This document shows, piece by piece, positions 37,730 through 46,851 of a DNA stretch of 64,000 nucleotides. The stretch's first letter is position 1. Every line of letters begins with the position of its first letter. The position numbers and the translations under genes are program-made. The notes below the pieces were generated by a model. That model saw nothing but the letters and a program-made list of their open reading frames with translations, ran no database searches and was not told the origin of the DNA. Source of the stretch: a virus; IMG/VR virus record IMGVR_UViG_3300031420_000003, positions 96,001 through 160,000 of that record. The stretch is one strand, 5' to 3'.

Positions 37730-38573
37730 TCGTCAACCGGTTTTCCGGGTCGATGTTTTCGCGGTGTAAATATTTATCTTCATTATCACGCAGGATTGCG
37801 GTAATGGCCTCAAAGCTCATGTCTTTCGCGATGACAGGTGCACGCAGCTCGCGGATAAGGCTTTCATCCACGGCGATAATCCACGCAGCCGTATAGTCGA
37901 TGCCGAGCTTTTTATACTCCCCTCCCTTGGCGCTCGTTCTGCCGGGTTCGGTGTAGATCATTAACTGTTGACGGCTCTTGGAGTAGGCGAACTGGATATG
38001 ATTGCTCCAGTGAATCGTTACCAGTGGTCGGACATTGTCCGGCAGGTTCCACCACATGTCGCGTTTAGACTCATTCCAAGCCGGCGTTTGAAGCGGTAAG
38101 ATTCGCCGCCCGGTGTCACCGAAATGGCACAGGAGTTCAAACATCTTCTTGAGTTTGTCGTAGTCTTCGAGCGACCAGTCGCCGTACTCGCTGCTGTTTT
38201 CCACCGCATCGTCTTTATGCCAACCGACCACGCAGTGGATAGGGTCGCGTATTCTTTGACTTTCAGTTACCAGTCGTGCCAAACCCTGCACAACGCGACC
38301 TTGCTGTAACAGACGCGCCGTAGGCGTATTTTTGTTTGTCAGCACGTAACCGCCCACAGCTTCCATGCCCAACGTACGATGGACAATGTCGCTAACGCGT
38401 TTCGGGTAGAAGCGCCGGGTAATTTCGCGGCTCAGCAAGAACTCGACAATGACGGACGCACCGCCGTTACCCATGGCAAACAGTGCAGGTTCACATTCGT
38501 TTCCCACATCAACCATCCGCTTTAAACACCACGTTGAATCTAACCCGCCAGTCAATGCTAATATCGCTGCCAT
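37587..38573 (-). CDS. QueC-like PP-loop (adenine nucleotide alpha-hydrolase-type) protein
   Basis: N-terminal ILALTGGLDSTW PP-loop; TPAWNESKRDMW resembles the QueC P..K.E/D motif; no C-terminal Zn-Cys cluster. Confidence 0.6.
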   Translation of the reverse strand: MAAILALTGGLDSTWCLKRMVDVGNECEPALFAMGNGGASVIVEFLLSREITRRFYPKRVSDIVHRTLGMEAVGGYVLTNKNTPTARLLQQGRVVQGLARLVTESQRIRDPIHCVVGWHKDDAVENSSEYGDWSLEDYDKLKKMFELLCHFGDTGRRILPLQTPAWNESKRDMWWNLPDNVRPLVTIHWSNHIQFAYSKSRQQLMIYTEPGRTSAKGGEYKKLGIDYTAAWIIAVDESLIRELRAPVIAKDMSFEAITAILRDNEDKYLHRENIDPENRLTIVRWFTHTRWSEEGERIISSFKENTQQGTEVDLADAQKAEGTASAGA

Positions 38574-38776
38574 TAGTCCATCCTTAATCCACTTAACACG
38601 TACCCACCAAATGCATACCCGCCAGCCGTTAATACCGCTACCACGCCAAGGTAGAAGAGAATAATCGGAATAACTCTTCCCGGCTTATAGCGCGGCGCAA
38701 ACGACAACAGGGCGAGTGCCATTACAAAGGAGAAAAGGGCGTAGACCACCACGCCCCAGATTTGAAGTGCATTCAT
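38573..38776 (-). CDS. Small membrane protein with two TM segments
   Basis: Start MNALQIWG via ATGA overlap; two hydrophobic stretches. Confidence 0.6.
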   Translation of the reverse strand: MNALQIWGVVVYALFSFVMALALLSFAPRYKPGRVIPIILFYLGVVAVLTAGGYAFGGYVLSGLRMD

Positions 38777-39210
38777 CCTTGCAAGTCCAGCAGGTCCCAT
38801 GTTTCAACCGACACGATTTTGCCGTTGTAGTCGAGTACGAAGCGGGGAGCCAGTGGCAGCTCATCGAGGATGTCCATGGCAGTCTTGGCCATTTCTTTCA
38901 ATGGGCCAGCCGGGACAAAGGTACCTGTCACCACAACTTTGCCTTCAGCCACAGTGATTGCAGCGTCGATGATATTGCCACAGACGCGATCGGTATCGAC
39001 GGTCTTCACGCGGATCAACGCATCAAAGGCGTTCATGCCTGAGATATCCGGTACCCCTTTTTCGCAGTAGAGCAGACCCCGTACCAGACGACGAAATGCA
39101 GTTTGAACATCATCCGGGGCAGCGAAGTCAGTCAGGGGGCGTTCCAATAACACACCGTTGGCAACGTGTTTCACTTCTTCAGTTTTGATTACTTTAATTT
39201 TTGCGACCAT
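38773..39210 (-). CDS. Hypothetical protein
   Basis: AAGGA RBS. Confidence 0.6.
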   Translation of the reverse strand: MVAKIKVIKTEEVKHVANGVLLERPLTDFAAPDDVQTAFRRLVRGLLYCEKGVPDISGMNAFDALIRVKTVDTDRVCGNIIDAAITVAEGKVVVTGTFVPAGPLKEMAKTAMDILDELPLAPRFVLDYNGKIVSVETWDLLDLQG

Positions 39211-39248
39211 GAGATTAATCCTTGTGGGTAATTGAGTAATAAAGCAAT

Positions 39249-39872
39249 TTATTCTTCGTGGGTCTTGACGTAGCTGTCAGGCATTTCCACACTGTGCTTA
39301 CGGTTGATATCGAACTTGGTCTGGTAGCCGACAATCTTTGCCAGCATCAAGGCCTTGTCCACTTTGTGTTCTTCTGGCGACAAGTGTTGAGACTTATCCA
39401 GAATGCCGGAGTGCATGAAGTTCTCCGTGAGCGCTTCATCCATTGCTTCTAAATCAAACTTATCGGACGGTGCGGCAAAGATAGCGTAACCGTAATAGTT
39501 CTGCTCTTCGTCGCGGGTTTGTGCGATAAGCAAGTCAGCATGTTCCGTGAAGTCTGCCAGTGTGTACTCCGGCAACGTCAAGGTCATGCTCTCTGCTGTG
39601 ATAGCCTCGCCCTCTTGGTAAAGGTGCAGAATCCATGCCCGCCAATCCCGTGCTTCTTCAAACAGGGAGGAGGTCAGAATCTCAGCAACCGCGATACGCA
39701 TGTTGCCGGAGGATGTTAATTGAAAAGACCGCCCGCCATAAGGGGCAAGCGGTCGGATAGAGCTGCCCACGAAAGCAATGCGGTTCAGGGCGTTTTGTGC
39801 GCCACTGAGTGCAATGCCGTCCATGGACTTGGCACGGTTATATTTTTTGTTACGTTTCTTTGGGGTTGCCAT
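39249..39872 (-). CDS. Hypothetical protein
   Basis: Start MATPKKRNKKY after AAGGAG. Confidence 0.65.
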   Translation of the reverse strand: MATPKKRNKKYNRAKSMDGIALSGAQNALNRIAFVGSSIRPLAPYGGRSFQLTSSGNMRIAVAEILTSSLFEEARDWRAWILHLYQEGEAITAESMTLTLPEYTLADFTEHADLLIAQTRDEEQNYYGYAIFAAPSDKFDLEAMDEALTENFMHSGILDKSQHLSPEEHKVDKALMLAKIVGYQTKFDINRKHSVEMPDSYVKTHEE

Positions 39873-39921
39873 TGCGTATATTCTCCTTACATTAGAAACG
39901 TCTAATACGTGAAAAACGGGA

Positions 39922-40689
39922 CTACTTACTGACCGTGCATTTAAAGGTGTAGCCTTCAGGTACAAAACCCAATTCGAACAGCGGCATGACGTACGGGCCG
40001 TTGTTATCAACCAGCCCGACAAGGAAATCCCCTTCTGGAATATGGTTGAGGATTTGGTTAATCATCTCTTTATAGTGCGCTGTCGGGACTTTCCCTGCGT
40101 GGCTGAGAACAATAGAAGAAATCCAGCGGTTCGGGGAGTGTTGAGTCGGAGGCAACACCGCCATGAAGTACGTTACCCCGGCGACATCAAAACGTGCCAC
40201 GTGGGGATTCAGCCGCATGACGATGGCAAACGGGGATTGTGGATCGAGGCCCGACAAATCTAACGGGCCTTCAGGTGGCGACATGTCGAAGCTGTCGAAT
40301 TCAATGAACGCAGGGCGTGGTTTTGCCTTTGCCACGTAACTCGCTTCCGCGTGGGTAAATCCCGCCTCGTAGAGATTCGGGTCTTCTGTCTTCACCCACT
40401 TCTGCATATCTTCGCGACCCAAGAACTTCACCAGTTCAGGGATGCCGTTCTTAAAGCGCGTGATATCGACTGCCGCATCTAACAGCTCAACCACACCCAC
40501 ATCGTCGCCAATAAGACCCCAGCCCACTTGCTCGTCATCGTTATAGAACTCGACAAAACGAATCACCGTGCCAGCAGATTGGCGCTCCCCAATGGTCTGA
40601 ATCGCTTGTGTGCGTTGGGCAACTAAGCCTTTCTCTTGCGCCCAGTTCAAATCCAGCAACTCTTGGGTTTTCTCTTTAAAGGTATACAT
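39922..40689 (-). CDS. Hypothetical protein, possible degenerate tandem GNAT fold
   Basis: LYEAGF and NNGPYVMPLFELGFVP resemble GNAT motif B. Confidence 0.55.
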   Translation of the reverse strand: MYTFKEKTQELLDLNWAQEKGLVAQRTQAIQTIGERQSAGTVIRFVEFYNDDEQVGWGLIGDDVGVVELLDAAVDITRFKNGIPELVKFLGREDMQKWVKTEDPNLYEAGFTHAEASYVAKAKPRPAFIEFDSFDMSPPEGPLDLSGLDPQSPFAIVMRLNPHVARFDVAGVTYFMAVLPPTQHSPNRWISSIVLSHAGKVPTAHYKEMINQILNHIPEGDFLVGLVDNNGPYVMPLFELGFVPEGYTFKCTVSK

Positions 40690-40718
40690 GATTACTCCTT
40701 GCGAATAAAAATAAGAAA

Positions 40719-40736
40719 GCTAGCCCAGAGGCTAGC
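40719..40736 (-). terminator. Rho-independent terminator
   Basis: GCTAGCC-CAGA-GGCTAGC with T-rich tract on minus strand. Confidence 0.6.
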
Positions 40737-41139
40737 GTTTGGGATAAGGGAACACACCACGGCCGTAATAGTTAATCGAGCTTGGCTGGATAACGATTTC
40801 GATACCGTCTTTGACGTGGCGAAGACTTTTGACGGCGTCGGGACGCACACCCAACACTTCGTAGGTCTCGCGCAGGAACTCGTCGTCTAAGGTGACATTG
40901 CGCACTGCCGTGTAACCATCGCGATGTTTGTCATCAATCGCGGTTTGGATGTGGAGACGACCCACTTCCAGTTTGAAACCTGCCCGGCGTCCGAAAACCA
41001 TTTTGCCGGTCTTCTGGCAGTTGAATAGCAAGCGCGCGTGTTGCATGAACTTCTGACCGTTCTCCCCTTTGATTACCTCGGGGATGATTGACCATGACGT
41101 GAGGCAACGTAGCAGTTCTTGACGTTCAGTTCGAATCAT
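40732..41139 (-). CDS. Hypothetical protein
   Basis: GAGG RBS; operon context. Confidence 0.6.
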   Translation of the reverse strand: MIRTERQELLRCLTSWSIIPEVIKGENGQKFMQHARLLFNCQKTGKMVFGRRAGFKLEVGRLHIQTAIDDKHRDGYTAVRNVTLDDEFLRETYEVLGVRPDAVKSLRHVKDGIEIVIQPSSINYYGRGVFPYPKR

Positions 41140-41566
41140 TCTTTGCCCTCACTGCATTAGTTATCGTCACGTAGGTACGCTTCATAGCCACTGCCCCAAT
41201 AAATACTAAGTTATCTGGCCTTGCGCGTAATTTAACGTGAGTAGGGGTTATTTCTACCACGTCGATTTTGTCGGTGGGAAGATTCGTCAAACTGAGCAAA
41301 TCTAACACCATACCCGGAGTAAGCGCCAACCCAGCCCAATGTCCCGGGAAGGCATCACGAAGATGTTTACGGGTGTAGAAGAATTGGAAACCGCCTGGAA
41401 AGCCGTAGAGGGTGTTGTGATAACCATCCAACGATCTGTTTTTCTTTGCGGTGTAAAGGATGCGCCCGTGCTTCACCAATGGAACAATGAGAGGTTCGAA
41501 ACTGGGGAACTTGCCGAACTTATCACGGAGAAGCGACTCAAAACATTCTACTGTGGTGATTTTCAT
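41126..41566 (-). CDS. Hypothetical protein
   Basis: AAGGAGTAAT RBS. Confidence 0.6.
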   Translation of the reverse strand: MKITTVECFESLLRDKFGKFPSFEPLIVPLVKHGRILYTAKKNRSLDGYHNTLYGFPGGFQFFYTRKHLRDAFPGHWAGLALTPGMVLDLLSLTNLPTDKIDVVEITPTHVKLRARPDNLVFIGAVAMKRTYVTITNAVRAKNDSN

Positions 41567-41568
41567 GA

Positions 41569-42021
41569 TTACTCCTTACAGGCATTAGCGATACGCACCC
41601 ACGCCGCACAGACCCCTTCCACAATCTCAGGTTCCGGGCGCAGGTTAAGTTGAAACTTCCACACTGGGTAATAGCCTTTAAAGCCACTTTCCCGCATGTG
41701 CAATAACCGGGACACGCACAGATGGATACTGTCGGCGTATTCGGTTTCCTGCCACAAACGGTAAATGCGCTCTAAGGTCTTATAACCCACTGCATCCACC
41801 ACAAGCATAACGTGGTGGGGCGTACGGGTCCGCCGTTTGCCATTCTCCACACGGATATGCCCGCCACAGCAGAGCACAGTCGCAACATGTGGTAACTGGT
41901 TAAGGCTTTCAATCACAGGCACCATGGGGGTGTCAATAACCCCACCGGTCGTTAACTGCGCTTGGGTACGGGAGGAGAAGAAAGTCAGCATCTCTTCGCT
42001 GACGGTGGTATTGGCAAACAT
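41569..42021 (-). CDS. Hypothetical protein with ID..LN..T..C.GH motif (TYW3-N-like)
   Basis: IDTPMVPVIESLNQLPHVATVLCCGGH. Confidence 0.6.
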   Translation of the reverse strand: MFANTTVSEEMLTFFSSRTQAQLTTGGVIDTPMVPVIESLNQLPHVATVLCCGGHIRVENGKRRTRTPHHVMLVVDAVGYKTLERIYRLWQETEYADSIHLCVSRLLHMRESGFKGYYPVWKFQLNLRPEPEIVEGVCAAWVRIANACKE

Positions 42022-42030
42022 TATCGGTCC

Positions 42031-42516
42031 TTATGAAAATTGTTCGATGGTTTTCTTGATGGCGGCGAGCCACTCATCGCGTAGGGATTGGTAGAAATTC
42101 AAATCGTCGGTTCGAACGATAGAATGAATACCCCATGCGTAATAGTAATCTTCGGGCAGTTCTGATGTAACCAGTTGGAAGTCACCACTGTTACCCACCC
42201 ACGGGAGCTCCAACATCTTCAGCGTTATCTGGGTGTAACATTCGATAGGGTCACCGATGAGGTTCTTCACCAGTGCATTGAGGAACGGACGACCCACCTG
42301 AGAACAAGCCAGTACGAGGTACGGCTTATTAGGCTTGGCCGGACTAGAAGCTTTGTGCCCCTCGCAAGACCAGAGTGTGGCAATGCCGGGCACGCCGTTT
42401 AAGAGCTTACAGTGTTCCGCGATGCCGGGGTCAATGATGCGCTCGGTGGCCAGCACAATGGAGGCGGCTTTCTTCATGCGCACCAGTGTTTTAGTGTCAA
42501 CGACAGCGAAGTCCAT
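42031..42516 (-). CDS. Paralog with ID..LN..T..SCEGH motif
   Basis: Start MDFAVV via TAATG overlap; IDPGIAEHCKLLNGVPGIATLWSCEGH. Confidence 0.6.
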   Translation of the reverse strand: MDFAVVDTKTLVRMKKAASIVLATERIIDPGIAEHCKLLNGVPGIATLWSCEGHKASSPAKPNKPYLVLACSQVGRPFLNALVKNLIGDPIECYTQITLKMLELPWVGNSGDFQLVTSELPEDYYYAWGIHSIVRTDDLNFYQSLRDEWLAAIKKTIEQFS

Positions 42517-42779
42517 TACACACCCCGCCGCAGTAACGGGAACTGACGGGTCATGGCGTTGGGGCTGTGCTGAATATCCGCAGTGCTCCACGCCTCAGAA
42601 CCGGTGTCAAGTTCGGTTGGCAGGGCCAGAACATCACCGAGGGCCACTTTGCTGTAAGCGTGATTCGGGATGTTGATGTCCCGCGTCTTTAATTCGCGTG
42701 GTTTCTCCATGACGCCTAAGCGTTCTTGGAGTTTAAGCTGTGAGCCTTTCTTGCCCACGACATTGTAACGAGTAAACAT
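42516..42779 (-). CDS. Hypothetical protein
   Basis: AGGAG RBS; first gene after putative promoter motif. Confidence 0.6.
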   Translation of the reverse strand: MFTRYNVVGKKGSQLKLQERLGVMEKPRELKTRDINIPNHAYSKVALGDVLALPTELDTGSEAWSTADIQHSPNAMTRQFPLLRRGV

Positions 42780-42815
42780 GCTGACTCCTGAGAGTGAAAG
42801 GATTGGTTCGTGAAA

Positions 42816-42833
42816 ATAATATCTATCTGAAAT
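42816..42833 (-). promoter_or_regulatory. Putative phage promoter motif, copy 1
   Basis: Minus strand ATTTCAGATAGATATTAT; near-identical copies at 51569 and 53268. Confidence 0.6.
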
Positions 42834-42843
42834 GAAATACAGA

Positions 42844-42867
42844 CTCCCTACCCGTTAAGGTAGGGAG
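42844..42867 (-). terminator. Stem-loop/terminator
   Basis: CTCCCTACC-CGTTAA-GGTAGGGAG; weak T tract. Confidence 0.6.
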
Positions 42868-42872
42868 CACTG

Positions 42873-43175
42873 CTAACGTGGACGACCAGCGATCAAATCG
42901 ATGCGGCCACCGGACTGCGGTTGATTATAGAAAACCGCGTAGTGCACGGGGTCAATATTGACCACTGCGCCGATATGGGGGATCAGCGAAAAGAGCTCTG
43001 TGTCGATATCAAAATGGAAACCGTTGACGCTGTTTTTGAATTCAACAACTTCCTTGTCGAAGTTCACACATTCAGCCTGCAGCCACCGTGTATCGGGGTC
43101 AGCGCCCATCGGCTGATTGAATGCTCGCGAGCACGCCATCATCCATTCGGTTGCATTATCTTCGCACTTGAGCAT
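42873..43175 (-). CDS. Hypothetical protein
   Basis: TGATG coupling to upstream gene. Confidence 0.55.
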   Translation of the reverse strand: MLKCEDNATEWMMACSRAFNQPMGADPDTRWLQAECVNFDKEVVEFKNSVNGFHFDIDTELFSLIPHIGAVVNIDPVHYAVFYNQPQSGGRIDLIAGRPR

Positions 43176-43501
43176 CAGTGTGGTTCCGGCTCAACGTGAT
43201 GCTTGCCGATGATTTTGAACGTTGCCGGGCTAGTGATTTCTGCAACCGCCCACATCCATTCACCGTTTGACGGGTCTTGCCACGACGCCACCGCACACGG
43301 GGGTTTAATCTCTGACACATCCACTTCAGGGTGGAACAGCAGGAATTCATTCTGCTGGTCGTCTTCTACGACATACTGGCCTTCTTCCATGCCGGTAACA
43401 TAACCCAGACCAACTTCGATTTCTTGACCCTGGTCGCCCGTTGAGGACAGGGTGGTATTCTTATATTTCGTGAGGTCACGATTGATAGCGCTTAACCACA
43501 T
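43175..43501 (-). CDS. Hypothetical protein
   Basis: GGAGTAAT RBS. Confidence 0.6.
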   Translation of the reverse strand: MWLSAINRDLTKYKNTTLSSTGDQGQEIEVGLGYVTGMEEGQYVVEDDQQNEFLLFHPEVDVSEIKPPCAVASWQDPSNGEWMWAVAEITSPATFKIIGKHHVEPEPH

Positions 43502-43561
43502 GGGTTATTACTCCGTTTCAGTTGTTGTACATAAAGAGGGCATAGAGTGTAAAAAAAGAAA

Positions 43562-43585
43562 ACCCCCTACCTTGCGGTAAGGGGT
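43562..43585 (-). terminator. Rho-independent terminator
   Basis: Minus strand ACCCCTTACC-GCAA-GGTAGGGGGT then T tract. Confidence 0.8.
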
Positions 43586-43590
43586 CATTC

Positions 43591-44049
43591 TCAGTCGCCG
43601 TTTTCTTCTTCGCGATCGTCAAACAGAATCGATGCGATGACGTAACGGGCCAAGCGCTTGCGAGTGTTGTCGCCATCACCTGTGACATCGAGTTCGGCTA
43701 ACTGAGGCAGATAGTCCTCGATAAGCTCGTCGATGCTGGCCCGCACCGCTGCCGCTTTGTCCAGAATCTCATCCGATGGGACGACACTCTTTTCCAGAAT
43801 CAGCCTTGCATTGTACGGATCGATATCCGCAAAGGCCAGTTCGTGCAGCAGTGCAACAGCACCGGCACGCTCGTTCAGCGCCCCCACCAGAGTCTTCTCA
43901 AAACGCGACATGTGCTCGTCGTCCAGAGGTTCCCCGGTGATGACTTCGTTGTAGGTCGAGCAGAACTGCTCACCCGTGACATCCGTTTGGTCACGGAGGC
44001 CTTGGTCGAAGTCATGCTGTGGCAGCTGCTCAAGTTCGATTACTTTCAT
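43591..44049 (-). CDS. Hypothetical acidic protein
   Basis: GAGG RBS; Asp/Glu-rich. Confidence 0.6.
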   Translation of the reverse strand: MKVIELEQLPQHDFDQGLRDQTDVTGEQFCSTYNEVITGEPLDDEHMSRFEKTLVGALNERAGAVALLHELAFADIDPYNARLILEKSVVPSDEILDKAAAVRASIDELIEDYLPQLAELDVTGDGDNTRKRLARYVIASILFDDREEENGD

Positions 44050-44082
44050 GGTCTAACCTCGAACAGTTGTAGGGTCATACAA

Positions 44083-44361
44083 TTAAGCAGCGATGTTCTG
44101 CCTAATCAGCGTTTCGCCTTCTTCTTCAGCAAACTCAGAAAACTCATGAACGGCATAATCACTGAGAATTCCATCCCGATGCTTGGCCTTCGCAACAAGC
44201 TTTACCACCACACGTTCAATAGGACGCGTCATGGCTTCGGGTACCACGATATAGAGACGACGGGTTAGGGCATCAACCACACCGTGGAACACGACATCAT
44301 CACCATCTTTGACTTCGTAAATGATGTCCTTGTTTTTTGCCAAACGACGATTGATCTGCAT
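44083..44361 (-). CDS. Hypothetical protein
   Basis: AAGGAGTAAT RBS. Confidence 0.6.
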   Translation of the reverse strand: MQINRRLAKNKDIIYEVKDGDDVVFHGVVDALTRRLYIVVPEAMTRPIERVVVKLVAKAKHRDGILSDYAVHEFSEFAEEEGETLIRQNIAA

Positions 44362-44363
44362 TA

Positions 44364-45101
44364 TTACTCCTTCTCTGCTAAATGGTCTGTCAGGATGACA
44401 GTGGTGAGTGTGGGCACATACCCAATTTCTGCAGCGACACCCAGTAAGGGGTTGCCATAAGTACCTGCGACGGTGCCGTAGCCCCGCTGACCCGCAATAA
44501 AATCAAAAGCCCGGATAAGCGCATCAAACGCTGGGAATCCTTCGCCAACCATTGCCAAGAGACCTAGGGGCCCCTCAACATTTGTAACAATGAACCCACG
44601 CTCTGACCCATCACGGTAGATGTGGATGCATGCCGTACCTTCGCCGAGCATTCTTAGCACTTCGGTCTGACCTTGTTCTCGCATCAGCACTAAGAAATCC
44701 CATAACTCGTTTTCACTGAGTACAGCGTTCGTCTCAACAGAAACAGGAAACGAGGTAGAGAACCCGGTTTCTTTCGTCATGATAACCCGGCTCAATCGCC
44801 ATCCGTCTGGTTCATAGAGAGACGGTTCTCGGGTATAAAGGTGAATCTCACGTAATCCTAAATACGCCGGTAACATCGTCAAATCGGCCGGGTCATCATT
44901 AAGGGCAATGTACTGCTGTACGGTACCCACTAAAAACTCGCGGTCGATAATCATAAACATCAAACGGTTTTTGGCGATAATGAAGACACGCTTTTCAGTC
45001 TTCTGCTCAGCTGGTAGCGCAAGCCACTCGCTGACCATATCCGCATACGGGGCATCAAGGCCCTCGCCACGCAGAACCTGCTCGGTGATATCATTAATCA
45101 T
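44364..45101 (-). CDS. Hypothetical protein, possible degenerate tandem GNAT fold
   Basis: LIRAFDFIAGQRGY..V..GNPLL..AAEIGY pattern. Confidence 0.55.
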   Translation of the reverse strand: MINDITEQVLRGEGLDAPYADMVSEWLALPAEQKTEKRVFIIAKNRLMFMIIDREFLVGTVQQYIALNDDPADLTMLPAYLGLREIHLYTREPSLYEPDGWRLSRVIMTKETGFSTSFPVSVETNAVLSENELWDFLVLMREQGQTEVLRMLGEGTACIHIYRDGSERGFIVTNVEGPLGLLAMVGEGFPAFDALIRAFDFIAGQRGYGTVAGTYGNPLLGVAAEIGYVPTLTTVILTDHLAEKE

Positions 45102-45110
45102 CAGTCTCTC

Positions 45111-45941
45111 CTAAAAGACTGCGCCTGTCTCCCGCCCCGCTAAACCAAAGTGGAGGGTGACAACTGTAGTCTCAACATGCGGTATGGGTATTTCCACCTT
45201 GATTGCCGGAGCAAAAGAGGCAATGGCCGGTTTTCGTAACCGCTTAGCTTCACGTATAAACGCATTCATCAACAACATAAACCACTGCACGTACACGGGT
45301 GTACCTGCCGCTGCATTGATGATAACGCCTTCTGATTGAATTTCCTTTTCGCCGTTCTTAAAGAGTAGGGCACCCACGATGTCGCCAGAATCGTTGGGCA
45401 CCACAACGCCGGTAGTGTTGCCAAGGGCGAGGCCCTCAAGCAGGGACTTACCAAACTTGCCCGTCCGATTGAGCGCAATGCGTCCAAGCTCGACCGACTG
45501 CGTCAGTGTGATGTCATCCAGTTGCCAGTAGACCATGTCCACGAGAGGTGCTTGACGCCCCACCACGAACTTGACCCGTTGGCTCAGGTTAACGAGTCCC
45601 ATCTTCCTGCAATCATCGTGCCGTTCATAATCGTGCGGATTACAGGTCACATCCACAACCTCACAATCGAGGTGCTTCAGTAACATCTTCCAATTAGTAA
45701 AGGGTGTGTCGCACAAAGGTGTCACGCTGTGGATATACAAACTGGTATTATCACGGTCACAGGTGAAAATCATCTGTGCGATATTACCGCGGGTGACCAC
45801 AAGGAACACTTCGCTACTTACCAGTTTCCCAGCCAGTAAGTGTTGGACAGCCCGGTACACATTGCCTATCTGGGTAATGGCCCCGTTAAAGGTGACCTTC
45901 TCACGGTGTGTGGTTTGGTCGCGTAGATCGTAAACTCGCAT
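45111..45941 (-). CDS. Hypothetical protein, possible degenerate tandem GNAT fold
   Basis: LYIHSV, GDIVGALL and LMNAFIREAKRL patterns. Confidence 0.55.
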   Translation of the reverse strand: MRVYDLRDQTTHREKVTFNGAITQIGNVYRAVQHLLAGKLVSSEVFLVVTRGNIAQMIFTCDRDNTSLYIHSVTPLCDTPFTNWKMLLKHLDCEVVDVTCNPHDYERHDDCRKMGLVNLSQRVKFVVGRQAPLVDMVYWQLDDITLTQSVELGRIALNRTGKFGKSLLEGLALGNTTGVVVPNDSGDIVGALLFKNGEKEIQSEGVIINAAAGTPVYVQWFMLLMNAFIREAKRLRKPAIASFAPAIKVEIPIPHVETTVVTLHFGLAGRETGAVF

Positions 45942-45950
45942 AGGCCCCTC

Positions 45951-46772
45951 TCAGAATAGTGTTGCAATCACTTCAATCACTTTACCCCGTTTCTCTTTCT
46001 TTGCCGCCATGTGTCTCCCGACTTGTACCGTGTGAAAGGTAAAGCCGTGATAGATGTCGCGGGTCAGAACCGTATCGGAGTTCGACAGTACCACTTTAGC
46101 GCCGGCACGACTGGCGTCCATCAGCGCAGTCGCCAATGTTCGATGGTCAGCTTGGCCAAATTCGTTCTTGTGGTATTGTGCAAAGGACGAGGTCTTGCTA
46201 CTGGGTACGTAAGGCGGGTCACAATAGATGACCACCTTGCGCTTATTCTGCTGCTGTGCGAGTGCAACGGTCTGCTGAAAATCAGCACACAAGAAAGTCA
46301 CTTTGCTTTTCTTCACCTTCTCTGCAAACTCGAGAATCTCCTTCTCAGGCAGATAAGGCGGACTGGAGTGGCTACCGTACGGGACGTTATACCCCCCAGA
46401 CTTATTGTAACGGCACAGGCCGTTATATCCATGGCGATTCAAAAACAGGAACATGGCAGCCCGAACATGCGGCTCCCCATCCCGGGTGTTAAACGCAGTA
46501 CGTTGTGACATGTAATCGTCACGTCCGCCGCTGCTAAACAACAGTTTGGCCTGTTCAATTAATAAAGCCGGTTGGTTAGCGGCCACTTCCATTAACTGAA
46601 TCAGGTCGGGATTTGAATCGGCTAAAATGTATTCAGGATAGTCGGTGTTCAGAAATACCGACCCCCCTCCGACAAACGGTTCAATGAACACGTCACCTTT
46701 GGGAAGATGGTGCTTCAGCGCATCCATTACACGGGATTTACCCCCCATCCATTTTATAAACGATCGCTTCAT
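45951..46772 (-). CDS. dam: DNA adenine methyltransferase (Dam, D12 class)
   Basis: KWMGGKSR, EPFVGGGSVF, LNRHGYNGLCRYN, YCDPPY, LSNSD motifs. Confidence 0.92.
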   Translation of the reverse strand: MKRSFIKWMGGKSRVMDALKHHLPKGDVFIEPFVGGGSVFLNTDYPEYILADSNPDLIQLMEVAANQPALLIEQAKLLFSSGGRDDYMSQRTAFNTRDGEPHVRAAMFLFLNRHGYNGLCRYNKSGGYNVPYGSHSSPPYLPEKEILEFAEKVKKSKVTFLCADFQQTVALAQQQNKRKVVIYCDPPYVPSSKTSSFAQYHKNEFGQADHRTLATALMDASRAGAKVVLSNSDTVLTRDIYHGFTFHTVQVGRHMAAKKEKRGKVIEVIATLF

Positions 46773-46851
46773 CCGAAATACCTCGTCAGACGCCCTGTAA
46801 GCTCTCCAGAGCGTCGCTCACCCTTTTATAATAGTTAGACGTACCGTTGGA

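Noticed and set aside
40732-41566. 40732 and 41126 as a paralog pair
   Set aside because: Only faint similarity (H[AG]R[LI]L[FY]); too weak to claim without alignment
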